In this document: positions 36,263 to 49,604 of the stretch, piece after piece | How positions within the stretch are numbered: the first letter of the stretch is position 1 | Layout: each line of letters starts with the position of its first letter | Assembly (NCBI RefSeq): GCF_006345805.1 | Contig: NC_043001.1 | Coordinates: 21,266,001 to 21,330,000 of the forward strand | Direction: 5' to 3' | Source of the DNA: Octopus sinensis | Lineage: Eukaryota | Length of the DNA: 64,000 bases | Program-made: the position numbers and the translations under genes | The notes under the pieces: generated by a model | The model's database searches: none | What the model was told of the DNA's origin: nothing | Seen by the model: only the letters and a program-made list of their open reading frames with translations

Positions 36263-36848
36263 CATACAAAGTGCGTGTGACTATTAGAATGTGCACATGT
36301 GTGTACTGAGTTGCAGTAATCAAGTGCTTTAATACTGATGCGATGGCAGTGTGCTCCAACCATTGAACCACTTCACTTGGCGGTGATTTGGGCCCCTATG
36401 TACTCTGCTACTCACCAGGGTCTATAAGAGAAAGATTCTGCCGTTACATCAGTTTTGGGTTTAGAGAACCTAGGAGAGGACTATGACTAAATATCATAGT
36501 CCCCTCAAATTTTGAAAGCATCCACATCCCGGGACCCCAAATCAGCCTTGTTTTGGTTTACCAAATTTCTTTTGGCGACCTTGCTCATCATTGCATGCTG
36601 GCAATCAATAAAATCGATTACAGTACTTGGCTAGTACTTTATTTTATGGAGTTAACGGCAAAGTTGACATCGCAGGATTTGCAATAAGAATATAAAAAAC
36701 CAGAACAAACACCGCAAAGTATTTTATCGGATTATCTATTGATTCTGTCAATCCAATTCCCCAAGGATCGGCAATTTAAGCATGTCAATATTGGGTTGGC
36801 CAAAAAGTTCAGTTTTTTAAGCGAAAATAAGACAAGTTTTAAACACAA

Positions 36849-37243
36849 TCTCTTTATATATAAAGCTGAAGTTGTCTGTGTATGGCAGGTTTGGTAGCCT
36901 TCAACTAACACTATCTCCTCCGAGACCCTGTGGCGTAAGTTGACCAAAATTGAGAGTATGATAGAAGCAGGCCTGCTCTTAATTCCCTAGAAGATAAAAT
37001 TCAAATCGGACCATGTTAACACCAAAAATTATTTACATCAAAAAGGTGCTTTTTTTTCTCTATGAATATCCCTATTTTTTACGATTTTTTGACTGCTGTG
37101 TCGCCATTTTTCGGTGTATTTCAACCATAAAAATGTTCACTTAAAGAGAATAACAAGCTACATAATGCAAAATTTTTACTTTTCAAAAATTCCAATTCTA
37201 AAGGGTCGAAACAAACCCGAGCAACGCCGGGCGATACTGCTAG
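36849..37243 (+). mobile_element. Non-autonomous Helitron
   Basis: A|TC...CTAG|T ends; hairpin CCCGAGCAACGCCGGG just before CTAG; no TSD. Confidence 0.85.
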
Positions 37244-37477
37244 TCAATAATATGAGTTTCTTTCCAGCATCATCTGCCATTTTGTGTGCAGATCCATTAT
37301 TTCATGCTCAAAGAATTACCTGTCCTTACTGGCGAAAAAATTCTTTCAGGTGAATTTTTACATCCTCTTTAGAGTTGAAGGTCTGTCCATTCAATGAATT
37401 TTGAAAAGACCGAAATAAGTGGAAATCTGAAGGCGCAAGGTCAGGTGAATATGGAGGGTGAGACAAAACTCAGCTCA

Positions 37478-37843
37478 GACGTGGCTGTGTGGTTAGTAGC
37501 TTGCTTACCAACCACATGGTTCTGCACTCATTTCCACTGCGTGGCAACTTGGGCAAGTGTCTTCTACTATAGCCTCAAGCCGACCAAAGCCTTGTGAGTA
37601 GATTTGGTAGACGGAAACTGAAAGAAGCCCGCCGTATATATGTATATATGTGTGTGTATATGTTTGTGTCTGTGTTTGTCCCTCCAACATCGCTTGACAA
37701 CCGATGCTGGTGTGTTTACGTCCCCGTAACTTAGCGAAGTACTAGGCTTCCAAAGAATAAGTCCTGGGATCAATTTGCTCGACTAAAGGCGGTGCTCCAG
37801 CATGGCTGCTGTCAAATGACTGAAACAAGTAAAAGAGAAAGAG
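37478..37843 (+). mobile_element. SINE family A inside the mariner
   Basis: Matches consensus with a small internal deletion. Confidence 0.85.
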
Positions 37844-38654
37844 TCAGGCCCCAATAACTTCTGCCATGTTTACAAAGACGTGTCCGGTCAGGCATTGTTG
37901 TGATGAAAGACAATTCCCTCATGATTAATAAGTGTTGGATGCTTCTGGTGGATCGTTACGTTTTAATTTGTCCAGCTGGTCACGGTACACATCCGAATTG
38001 ATGGCCCAATCCGTGAGAAGAAGCTCGTAAAAAACAATAAATACCCTTCCAATCCTACTAAATTGAAAGCATGACCTTCTTTGGGAGACGTCCTGTTTTG
38101 ATGATTGTTTGAGGTGGTTCACCGCGCTCCCCTCGTGATCGTCTGCGTTTCACATTGTTGTAGACAAATCCATTTTTCGTCACCTGTCATCATTCACATA
38201 AAAGAGGATCGTTTTCTTCACGTTTCTGCGACGAATCGGAGACGGAAATCCGTCGGGCGAAGTTAGCCTCATTCAATTGACATGGAACCCAAACATCAAG
38301 CTTGTTGATGTGATCAAGTAGATCCAAATGGTTTTCAATTCTGGGTTTTGGATATTTGGAGAATATATGCTTTATTTCATGGAGTTAACGCCACAGGACC
38401 CTCCTATCTCGCATCGGTCACGTTCGCTCCCATGAGAAGCAATGTGCCAGAGGCAGAGAATGATGAGTGTCTTGGATCGACCGTCACATCCTGGTCGTAT
38501 AACAGACATTAGTTTCGACAAACTCCTTCATTCTGTCGCAGTTTATCTCTGTTGACTGGCCAGAGTGAGATGCATCTGCAACCGAAATTTCTCGATAGAA
38601 ATCTTGAAAATCACATGTGGCACACATGTTCCACAACAGTATCTTCCTCACACA

Positions 38655-39075
38655 GGAGGCGGCGAGCTGGCAGAAACGTTAGCAAGCCGGGCGAAATGCG
38701 TAGCCGTATTTCGTCTGCCGCTACGTTCTGAGTTCAAATTCCGCCGAGGTCGACTTTGCCTTACATCCTTTCGGGGTCGATTAAATAAGTACCAGTTCCG
38801 CACTGGGGTCGATATAATCGACTTAATCCGTTTGTCTGTCCTTGTTTGTCCCCTCTGTGTTTAGCCCCTTGTGGGTAGTAAAGAAATACGTATTTCGTCT
38901 GCCACTACGTTCTGTGTTCAAATTCCGCCGAGGTAGACTTTGCCTTTCATCCTTTTTAGGGGCGATAAATTAAGTACCAGTTACGCACTGGGGTCGATGT
39001 AATCGACTTAACCCCTTGGTCTGTCCTTGTTTGTCCCCTCTATGTTTAGCCCCTTGTGGGTAATAAAGAAATAAG
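38655..39075 (+). mobile_element. SINE family B dimer
   Basis: Full unit plus unit starting GTATTTCGTC at about 38890; imperfect TSD TATC(T/C)TCCTC(A/G)CACA at 38640-54 and 39076-90. Confidence 0.85.
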
Positions 39076-41139
39076 TATCCTCCTCGCACACGGAATATCT
39101 TCCGCAGGTTTTCGCCGCTTTCTTGCCCATTCTTTTAAAAAGTAAAATAATGATGATGTGTCGATTATACTTGTTTTGGTTCTCCATTTCCAGATTAATC
39201 CCACACACACAAAATAAACCCGTCTCATTGCAAGTTCGCGTCGAATTACGTTGAAGCGTCAAGTATATAACGGGTGCACACTCGCAAGAGACAGACTGAA
39301 GTTAGACATTTATCTGAGTGCTTGCAGTTTAGTGTCTACAAAAACCGAGCTGACTTTTTGACCAACCCAAATATTTCGGTTTGGTCGGCCAGAGGCTACA
39401 GTAGAAGACACTTGCCCAAGGTGTCACGCAGTGGAACTGAACCCGGAACCATGTGGTTCGTTAGCAAGCTACTTCCCACACAGCCACTTCCGCGCCTATT
39501 AACTTTTAAAATTGTTGCTTATCAGTCTTTGTCATGACACGTAATTTCCCTAAATTGTTTTTAAAATCTGATCTGTTGAATTGAAAATCTCTTTCCATCC
39601 TCGAAACCAACTGTTCTCAATCCAAGTACATATGACCCTTGGGGTTCATGGAAGATTTTGTTGTTAAAATTTATGCGCATCAAATTGGTTATACTTCTTT
39701 CATACATAAAATATAAAAATTTTTTTAATACAATTCCTTAATTTACCTCTTTTTTTTTATGTTCCAAGTTAAAATCCCACAATGAAGGGTTTGCTTTTCA
39801 TTCCAACTCCAGTAGTAAAGATAAAATAAGTACCAAACAGTGTATTATTTAGTTGATAATAATGAGTTAAGTGAAACTACTGCAACCTTACAGTTTGGTA
39901 CATTGCCACAAAATTGCTCTTAATGTTCAACATTCACTCCTTATCCTTGTTATTAATACTTCATATTTTGCAGCTTAAAAACAAATCTCTTCTAGGATTA
40001 CGCTTTTGCTCTTGAATAAACTTTGTGCGAAAAAGAAAAAGCGAACGTTTCCTAGTTGGTGGCGGGAAGTAATTTCCTCCATGTGTTTTACCAGTACAAC
40101 ATTTTCACGACTTCTGTCGAGTCATGTTGGGGTTACTGCTTCACGGAACTCGATAGAATATGGGTGTGGAGAGATATAAAAAGAATTGTGCTTAACGCTT
40201 CTTTGGTTGTTTCGAACAGATGACTAGCCAACCACGGCTGTACTACGAGCATGCGGTATTAAATTTATTATTATTTAGTTTGAGGAAGACAAACAGCATT
40301 TATCGCCTTTGCAGGGCACTCCCAGAAGGGTGGGGTTGATGTGGATTATGTTCACCTTGAATGCCTGTAGGTTGATGAATGTAAAGAAAAAATACGTGGG
40401 CAATGAAAATGTTCTTGTAGCGTGTAAGAAGGCTTGAGCAGTTTGGGAGTGAAACATTAAGGATGACAAAGCAGAAAGGTGTTTAATCGGATGGATACAA
40501 TGTTTTTGATGAGGGTGGTAGGTAGTTAGTTCACTGAAGTAGAAATCGTTTAGTAGAAGATATAGAACAGAAACAGAGGAATAAACAACGTATATGTGGG
40601 TGAGTGGTTGTTGCTTGCGTTGATGTGTGGAACTTTGCCAATGAATTGGGAGGTCTGCTTGGCGAGGCAGTTCGAAATGATTATGAATGAAACAGCAGTG
40701 ACGTCTAAAATATATAAGAAGCACTCTAATGTCGGCCGTACTCAGGGTATTTATAGTCCAGGTTTCAGGTGAGAGCCCAATGATTTATCATCTGACACAG
40801 TAGTGTCTTTGAGCGCGAGAGCTTTATTACGCAGTACCATTAAAAAGCGTATCAGTTGCTTTAGAATAATTAAGTGGTTTATTTTTCTTACAGGTGTTGG
40901 CATGGCTGTGTGGTTAAGAAGCTCCCTTTCCAGCCACATGGTTTCTGGTTCAGTCCCGTTGTGCAGTATCTTGAGCAAGTGTCTCTGCTATAGCATTGCG
41001 AGTGAAATTGGGAGGTGGAAACTGTGTGGAATCCCGCCATGAGTGTATATATCTGTCTCTAAGCCTTTGACAATCGGTGTTGGTTTGTTTACGTCTTCGC
41101 AATACAGCGGTTCGGCAAAACAAACTGATAGAATAAATA

Positions 41140-41352
41140 CATATTTCTTTACTACCCACAAGGGGCTAAACACAGAGAGGACAAACAAGGACAGGCAAAC
41201 GGATTAAGTCGATTATATCGACTCCAGTGCGTAACTGGTACTTAATTTATCGACTCCGAAAGGATGAAAGGCAAAGTCGACCTCGGCGGAATTTGAACTC
41301 AGAACGTAGCGGCAGACGAAATACAGCTACGCATTTCGCCCGGCGTGCTAAC
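41140..41352 (-). mobile_element. SINE family B inserted in a decayed SINE-A (40893-41470)
   Basis: Reverse complement of B consensus. Confidence 0.85.
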
Positions 41353-41598
41353 GTTTCTGCCAGCTCGCCGACACATATACCACACATAGAAATTAAGTAC
41401 TGGGGTCATTTTGTTCGACTTAAACTTATCAAGACGGTGCCTCAGCATGACCGCAGTCTAATGACTAAGTAAAAAACAAAAGAGACAGCTACGAAAAGAC
41501 CACCTTGTACAGTTCCCGCTGCTTCTACATCAACTATATTGTTATCTAAACCTTCAAAGCCTTTAGCATGCAGATTACTCTGTCACATTTAATACTTA

Positions 41599-41964
41599 CT
41601 AGCACTATAACCCGGCAACGCCGGGTCACACTGCTAGTGCATGCATATACAGCTGCATGCGTGCGCACATACACGCGAGTAATGTCCAAATCTCCGACCA
41701 GTCACATACATCTAGCTGGCATTCAATTGGCGTATCAAGTTTTGGGCATTTTGATTGGAATTTGGATAGAAAATTCACAAAAATGTCACTGCTATTGATT
41801 TTTTTAATGGCTTTGCGGGGTGACTGGGGAAATGTAAAGATGTGCACGACCACCTTTGGACGGTTTTGAATGACCATAGAAAGTGCAAGCCCTCTAACGG
41901 AAAAATTGTGGATTTGTATAAAGGACACACACATAGACATTTTGCCGTTTTTTATATAGAGAGA
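41599..41964 (-). mobile_element. Non-autonomous Helitron H1
   Basis: Minus strand 5' TCTCTCTATATAAAA; 3' hairpin ACCCGGC-GTT-GCCGGGT then CTAG|T. Confidence 0.7.
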
Positions 41965-42360
41965 CTAGCAGTATCGCCCGGCGTTGCTCGGGTTTGTAAG
42001 GGAAATAACTATATAAGCATTTTTAGAGAGTTATAGCTAAAAAATAGCAAAAAAATGCATTAAAAATTGAAAAAAAATTAAGGTAAATTTTTTTTTTAAT
42101 CGTTGACACATCGTAGATATTTTTAGAGAGTTACTTCCCTTATATAAAAGCGAAAAAATGCATTAAAATGGAAAAGATATGATGGTAAATCTTTTTAAAA
42201 TCGTAGACTCATCGTAGACGCACGCTAATACCCAGAAGGGCTCGATATGAATCACGACTATAAGATACCCGGTTTTGGTTAAACTGCACCGCAAAATGTG
42301 GGAGTAGTTAGGAATCTAAATCGTAGGAGACAGACACACAACTTCACTCTTATATAAAGA
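41965..42360 (-). mobile_element. Non-autonomous Helitron H2
   Basis: Minus strand A|TC...CCCGAGCAACGCCGGGCGATACTGCTAG|T; same family as 44845-45355. Confidence 0.85.
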
Positions 42361-43509
42361 TGCTTTTTTTTTTCAGTCATAGAGTTAGATTTATGAAGGT
42401 CTTCAGTAGAAAATCCTTCGAATTCTGACTCGCTGCTTGATATAATGAAATTCGTATCCATTTTTTGTCAGAATTACAAATTTTTGAAAACACAATAGGA
42501 ACAAATTTCGGAAAAAATCTCCCATAATTCACGGAATTAAATTACACTTTGATTTTTGTACAAAACTGTAGTTGAAGTGTTTACGAAGTATAATACGTGT
42601 TTTCACGAATGTACTAAAGAGATTTGCTCTGATATTCTCATTTAAATATGAATAGGTAAATTCGGGCGGCTTGGTAATATATATAAGTGTCGTCTGTTTA
42701 TACATAAACACTGTTTCATACTGCAATTATATATACATATATCTATATATAATATTATATAATAAAATATATACAGAGTAAAATAAAAACCAATTTACCT
42801 TTTCTCCGTCCGTGTGTCTTTGCAAATTGTTTGGAATGATAAGTGAGTTGAGTTTTGGCGCCTTTTTTTACTAATAACAAACACACACGTGTTTGTATGT
42901 AGTTGTATGTGTATGTAGTTGTATGTGTATGCATGTGTGTGAGAATGACACACACACACTCACGCACGCACACATGTACATCAATGCTTTCGGAGTGATA
43001 TGTTAATAAAAAATTTTTGAGTTTTCTCTGAAAGTACTCTGAAAAATCTTAGGTAAATTGTAATTGAAGAAATTGTGTGAGGAGTAAATGGTTATGTATT
43101 TATTTTTTCTGTTTGCTGTGTTTTTTTATTTTTTGAGTAGTGGTTTAATACTTTCAGTTTAGTCTTCTCAAATCACTCTGTCGCTATTTACTTTCATTTT
43201 TTTCGTTGCCCACTGTGTGTGTGCGTTTGCGTGTGGTGTAAAGCAGACTAAGAAAAGCATTTGACACACACACCAGAATGTGAGTTTTCTGTAAATTTTG
43301 CTTAATTGGAGTTTAAATTTTAAAAACTGGACCTGGCATGACGCGATGCATTGTACTCTTAAAAATGCTAGGTAAATTGTAATTGAAGAAATCCTATATT
43401 GTAGATTTGTATAACTCCCAAAGGGAGGCAGATAAAATCTGCCTTTTATAATAAGAGATTAATTCGCACTGTTTTGAATTAATCATGCATTAAAAATCTC
43501 CGTTTATCG

Positions 43510-43850
43510 AGCTGCCTGTGTATCCATCCTCCTGTACGGGTTTGATGCCTTTATCGGCACCAGATCAGGCAACCGGAAACATTCCATATCAGATCGCTCC
43601 AAAGCATCCCCAGTTTCACGTGGAAGGGACAAAGTGCCTCATGCTGAAATCCTCCTGAGGCCTGAGATCTACAGCGTTGAGCCCTGCATCCTTCGTCGTC
43701 TTTTTAGCTGGGCCGGACCATGTAAATTCGGATGCCAGGTAACCGACTCCCAAATATGGTCCTCTTCAGCAAGATCAAAATTGGAAGTAAGCCTCATGGA
43801 CGTCTAAAACTTCGTTTTCATGATAATCTCAAGCGGCCTCGCATTTTATG
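43510..43850 (+). pseudogene. RTE-clade LINE remnant
   Basis: Frameshifted translation SILLYG...FHIRSLQSI..TWK...WAG...K.RF.DNLK resembles RTE C-terminal motifs. Confidence 0.55.
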
Positions 43851-44184
43851 CAGTGTCGCCCCGCCCGCGATCAGTTGAAACCCCTGGTTGTTAATAGGAA
43901 GGCATGGGGGAGGGGCGTGTCATGCTGGAGTAGAGCGCTTTGGAATCGAACGCAGGAGACTGCCTGAAGAGAGGAAGAGACGTCGTCATTAATTTCTTGT
44001 GGCTATTGTTCAGAATCACTTTTAATGCCCTCTCAGTGTCACAGGATCTGCCTATCTCGCATCGGTCTTGTCAGCCACGTTCGCTCCCATGAGAAGCAAT
44101 GTGCTAGAGGCGGAGGAAGATGAGGGCCTTGGCTCGACCCTGTCATCATATTTGACGGACTGTCTAAGCAAAAAAGTAAGCATA

Positions 44185-44337
44185 GCATAGCTTCGAGGTA
44201 TTGAAAATCTTGTTGAACGTTAAGAAGTTGTAAACAACAAGGGTGAATAATACATTATTAATTAGTTATTTTTTATTAAACCTTTAAACAACTTAAATTA
44301 AAAAAAAAACGGCGGAAACTTAGTTGCCAACCCAATA
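44185..44337 (+). mobile_element. Mariner 3' end fragment
   Basis: RGIENLVER*EVVNNKGE-like terminus followed by TIR ACTTAGTTGCCAACCCAA-TA. Confidence 0.7.
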
Positions 44338-44363
44338 AATAAATAAGTATATATATATATATA

Positions 44364-44617
44364 TCTCGTTGCTATTATGTTAAACTGTCGTATGTCCAAA
44401 TTTGGCCAAATGCATTTGTTTTCAATATTTATTTTTGCTTGCAATAGCCAGTTCTTTTGGTCAAACTATCGTATCTCCAGCTGCTTCAGATGCCAAGATA
44501 TCAAAAATTGTCCAAGTGTAGTACAACGGTTTTGCCATGGAATGGTGAAACTATCTTTTCGTTTTCTGAAAAAGCAACGTTTTGGTCTTTCAACAATTTT
44601 GCATAACAGCAACGAAA
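44364..44617. mobile_element. MITE-like element with ~27-bp imperfect TIRs
   Basis: TCTCGTTGCTATTATGTTAAACTGTCG versus CAACAATTTTGCATAACAGCAACGAAA. Confidence 0.55.
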
Positions 44618-44759
44618 TTTTATACATATATCAATTAATTAAATATATTCTATTAGAATATTATACACTGAATTTATAATGAGTGCTCTTTGTATAAAAT
44701 GTCAAAAATATTAATACTATAAATTATTTTGACAGTAATACGAACGATTTTATATACTG

Positions 44760-46061
44760 TATTTTGAAATTTTAGCATGAATTTCAATATCAAATAAAAT
44801 TTCTCACGAAGATATATATGTCTAAAATAGTATTGTATCAAAAACTAGCAGTATCGCCCGGCGTTGCTCGGGTTTGTAAGGGAAATAACTATATAAGCAT
44901 TTTTAGAGAGTTACTTCCCTTATAGATGTCAATTCGGGCTTTCTTAGCCATTTGTTTTGGTGTCTTCAAGCCATGAAGTCGTTGTTCTAAAAGAACGCTG
45001 GTCTCCTTGACAACGCTTTACGACGTTGATTTCCTTACACTCCCTTCCCCACAGCTTCACGAGGGAGGGAAGAAGGGGCAGAAGCAAACAGGTGCAGGTG
45101 TGACTATGGACGCCAACTCCGCCGCCATCGACACACGAAAAATTATGCATTAAAATGGAATAAAAAATGATGTTAAATTATTTTTAAAATCGTAGACTCA
45201 TCGTAGACGCGCGCTAATACTCAGACGGGCTCGATATGAATCACGACTATAATATACCCGAATTTGGTTAAACTGCACCGCAAAACGTGGGAGGAGTTAG
45301 GAATCTAAATCGAAGGGGACAGACACTCACACAACTACAGTTTTATATATATAGATATATGAAACAGGACAGCTTAAAAATTGATTAATTAATGCATCTT
45401 ACGATCGTTTCATGAAAAATATTGTCATTATAACGGAGTCCATTGTTGATACACATTGATAGACAATACTTCCGCTCGTCAGAGATGGAGAAGATAAATT
45501 TTTTTATAATATATCGAATGTTGTTTTAAAATTAGAAAAATATGTGAGACAGTATTTTTGAAAATATATTAAAATTTACTGGTTTAGATTTATGCAGGTC
45601 GACTTTGGTAATAACATTTAAAGTTTGTATTTATATCCTTGGTAATTTCATCTCATTAATCCATGACTGGATTTGATATATGTAGATAGAATTTGGTGGG
45701 AAAATTTCGAATTTGTATATATCTCCTTGTTAAACTCATCTTGGTAATCCATGAAAATTGTCTAAACCAGTAAATTTTAATATATTTTCGAAAATACTTT
45801 CTTATATATTTTTCTAATTTTAAAACAACATTCGATATATAATAAAAATGTTATCTTCTCCATCTCTGACGAGCGGAAGTATTGTCTATCAATGTGTATC
45901 AACAATGGACTCCGTTATAACGACAATATTTTCGTGAAACGATCATAAGATGCATTAATTAACAAATTTTTAAACTGTCATGTTTCATATATTTTTATGA
46001 CATGTATATCTTCGTGAGAAATTTTGTTTGATATTGAATTTCATGCTATTATTTCAAAATA
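44760..46061. mobile_element. Foldback element with ~300-bp inverted arms, left arm split by Helitron H3
   Basis: Left arm 44760-44844 plus 45356-45588; right arm 45761-46061; 172-bp spacer. Confidence 0.8.
44845..45355 (-). mobile_element. Non-autonomous Helitron H3
   Basis: Same termini as H2; inserted at A|T. Confidence 0.85.
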
Positions 46062-46156
46062 ATTTTTTGGCAACTTATATCTCCCGGTTATATTATTAAT
46101 TTGATGCTTGTCCAATCGTTATTGAATTGCTTATTTTTTATTTTACAACTCTGATA

Positions 46157-47209
46157 ATGAGTGGTGAATAAATTGCAATTAGAACCATATCACGCTACAT
46201 GTGGAGAAAAGGAGTGAATGCAAGGGTAGCAGCTGAAGAAATTAATGATGTGGAAGGGCCAGGGACTGACAACGAACATGTGGCATAAAACTGATTCAGG
46301 TGTTTCAAGGAAGATGACACCAGCCTCGAAGACAAAACAAGGTCAGAAAGACCTTCTGTTGTGGAAGATGAGGCCTTGCTTAAAATAGATTAACAATAAC
46401 TAATCACAAAGACTCGTGCACTGTCGGCAGAACTTGGTTCTTCACAAAGCACCATTAATCGACATCTCTATAAGTTCGGCCTTATGAGCAGATGCTGTCG
46501 AGAAGCTCTTCGTGAATTGATCAGGCTCAATAACCAGGCTCAACAACAAATGAACTTCTGCAAACAACTGCTGGCAAGATCCTCTTTTTTGGTGTCGAAT
46601 TATAATCGAGGATGAGAAAAATCCTAAGAGAAATCAGCGGCTTCGTTCAGGCCAGGTTCCAAAAGATTTTGTCAAATGGGGATGGTTTGAACAGAAGGTC
46701 ATGTTGGGTGTATGGTGGAACTCCGATGGTTATGATGTGAACGCTAACCTTTATGTTCAACAACTGCAGCAAATACATGATGCTTTGAAAGTCCGCCACC
46801 CGGCATTGGTCAATCGAAGACATGCACTCATGCAGCATGACAAAGCTCTAACAGACACTGCGAATGTGATCGAACACAAGCTCGAAGGGCTGAAAGTGCT
46901 GCCTTACCCTGCCTGCAATCCAAACCTTGCACCATCAGATTATTACCTTTCCCGAGCCATGACTCATTTCCTGCTGGGACGGGGGTTCAACAATATGGAT
47001 GAGGTTGAAAACGAGGGCAGGAAGTGTTTTGCCTCCAAACCATCTAAATAGTATAAAAGTGGAATTGAATTCATGGCACCATGATGGCTACAGACAATGG
47101 TATATGAAGGGATATATATTTTGATGAATAAATGCTTTACGTGTGTAGTTTGTTTGAATTGTTAATTAACTTTGAAATAGGAACAGAAAACTTTTGACTC
47201 AACTTGATA
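46157..47209 (+). pseudogene. Decayed mariner transposase gene with right TIR
   Basis: MWRKGVNARVAAEEINDVEGPG...SLEDKTRSERP; LGVWWN...QHDKA...PNLAPSDYYL; TIR CTTTTGACTCAACTTGA-TA. Confidence 0.85.
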
Positions 47210-47657
47210 TATATGCGCAGTATGGCTGAATGTTTAAACAGTTCGCTTCGCAACCAAGATAAAGGTTAATGCCATTGCGTGGTATCTTGGGCAAATGTCA
47301 TTTCCTATAGCCTCGAGTAGACCCATATCTTGTAAGCGAAATTGGATGAACGGAATATGTAAAGAAGTTTGTCGGGTGGTACAGCCTTGCTATACACTGT
47401 ATCACGCTGATTTTGCCGGAGAATTACGTTGAGGGTACATGTGTCCGTAGAATACTAACGTAGTTACACGTTAATTCAGGAGCAGGTTATTCACTTGATC
47501 GAGCAAGTGAGTGTTCATGCGAACGACGGAGAACCAACATCGTCATATATATATATACATATATATATATATCTTCGCATACTATTCCTTTCAGCCATTT
47601 GTGAAGATTGCCGGAGTTGATTCTAAAGTTTTGGTGTGAAACCAATTGGTAATTTGG

Positions 47658-47705
<48 letters not shown>

Positions 47706-47706
<1 letters not shown>

Positions 47707-48270
47707 TGCCCTGATGCAGTACCAGGCAGTGGCTCTCGTGGCTTCTGGTCTTAACTTATTGGAAGTACTATCATGTACATTGTTTTGTCTTGGTATAAAA
47801 GATGGGCTACAGCAAATATTCTGCTCAATACCACAGATTTGCTTGTCAGTTGTTAGACCTTAACCAGTTGAGCATGTCCCTTAGTGGTTGACGATAATTG
47901 CATCTCTGATCACGAGCAAAAGTAGTGGGGGAGCATCATAGCCATGTGTTGAGAGGGATTCTTTGGGGTTTCAATAATTCACCTCAGGAAACATGGGTGT
48001 TTCGTTCAACATCCTTAAACAACCCTTATTCAGAGACCTTTTGAGTGGGATGGGTTACTCGACCAGAAGAAAATTCTAACTGGGCCCCACCTGCAAGGTC
48101 ATGCGTTGTTTATCTTGATATGAGATCACCGTGTCGCGCACATATGGTTGTGATGCATGTGCCTGGTGTACCCTTATCAGACGGGTAGTCACGATGGGTA
48201 TACTGGGCTTCGTATATTTTACCCGAGTGTCACTTTGATGGCATGCACTGCTCTCTCATTCAATATTAAT
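47706..48270. mobile_element. Unclassified interspersed repeat (family J) flanked by (AAT)n
   Basis: Part is present in reverse orientation at about 23640-23790. Confidence 0.55.
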
Positions 48271-48361
48271 ATTAATAATAATAATTAATAATAATATATC
48301 TATTTAGTTACGCAGTACGTAATATGAGTGCCTGTTTTTTTTACTGTGTGTGTGTGTGTGT

Positions 48362-48414
<53 letters not shown>

Positions 48415-49464
48415 GCAGATGTCTGACTGTGTGTGTGTGTCTCTCTCTCACACACACACACACAATGTTGATATTTTCGAAAGCAGCTGGTGGTTAATCC
48501 AAAACTCATTCGGGTCGTTGCAGCATTGAGAAAGATACTGTTGACTTTGTCTTCCTAAAGTATATAGTGCCCTGAGTTATAACTACTATAACAGCTATTT
48601 ACAGAGACGAACCGTCGAATTCTTTCGTCCGGCAAAATCTGATATCTGATTCGCTTGTTTCGCTGTAAATCACCGAAAACAACGAATTAACCAGGAGAAA
48701 AATAATATAAATATACAAAAATACCCATCGTTCGTGAACCTTTAAATGGTTTAAAGTGTTCTCGTTCTCAAAATAACAGTTAACATTTCACCAGCATCTG
48801 CAATGCTTCATACAAGCACTGGTAAATACAAAACTGAAGGTTAGCTTGACCGCAAAAACTAGATGCAGGCAGCTTGTAGGACTATTTTTAGTACAAAATG
48901 TACATTGCCTTGGTGGATCAAAAATTGAGAAAAACATATAAAAAAACAGAATGCTTGCAGTAATTTATTTAAATTGATTCTTTTGATTTTGGTAAATTAC
49001 CAAAGTACAAGTCCACCACATTAGTATTTAACGCATCAAAATATGATTATTATATTCAACATCAATAATAACCCATTTTCAATCATTCTATTATTAATTA
49101 AATTGAGCCAATTAAGAGAGTGACTTCGTGTTGCCGTTTTTTTGTTTATATGCCACTTATGAAGTAGTTGCTACTTGTTTTTGTTCGTTGTAACCATCAA
49201 AAACATACTTTTGTAATAGCATTATTATTATTATTATTATTATTATTGTGTGTTTTCACTTATTGGCAAGTTTCACTCGCGCTTAAACGACCTAAAACAT
49301 TTTCTGTCCAATGAAATTAAAAACAAGAACAAATATCTCGGTCAGATCACGTAATTTTCATCCTTTGCTTCAGCTCATTTTCACTTTTTACTATTTTCCA
49401 ACTTCGTGTATTTATTTCTACATTTGTTGACATAAATAAAACATAGATTCTTTCACACACTGAA

Positions 49465-49570
49465 CACACACACACGTACTTACACGCACACACACACACA
49501 CACACACACGTACTTACATACACACACACACACACACACGTACTTGCATACATATACACACACACACGTA

Positions 49571-49604
<34 letters not shown>

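Larger units (their letters stand above)
36791..38350 (-). pseudogene. Decayed mariner transposon, interrupted by a Helitron and a SINE-A
   Basis: TA-TTGGGTTGGCCAAAAAGT TIR at 36789; minus translation VWVPCQL, TGDEKW, HPPYSPDLAPSDFHLF. Confidence 0.9.

Noticed and set aside
40275-40724. 149-aa minus-strand ORF
   Set aside because: No motif recognised; skewed composition like decayed retroelement or UTR; cannot be supported without a search.
36789-44337. Pairing the two TTGGGTTGG mariner TIRs as one 7.5-kb element
   Set aside because: TIRs diverge after 10 bp, and each adjoins a transposase C-terminus in opposite orientation, so they are separate 3' ends.
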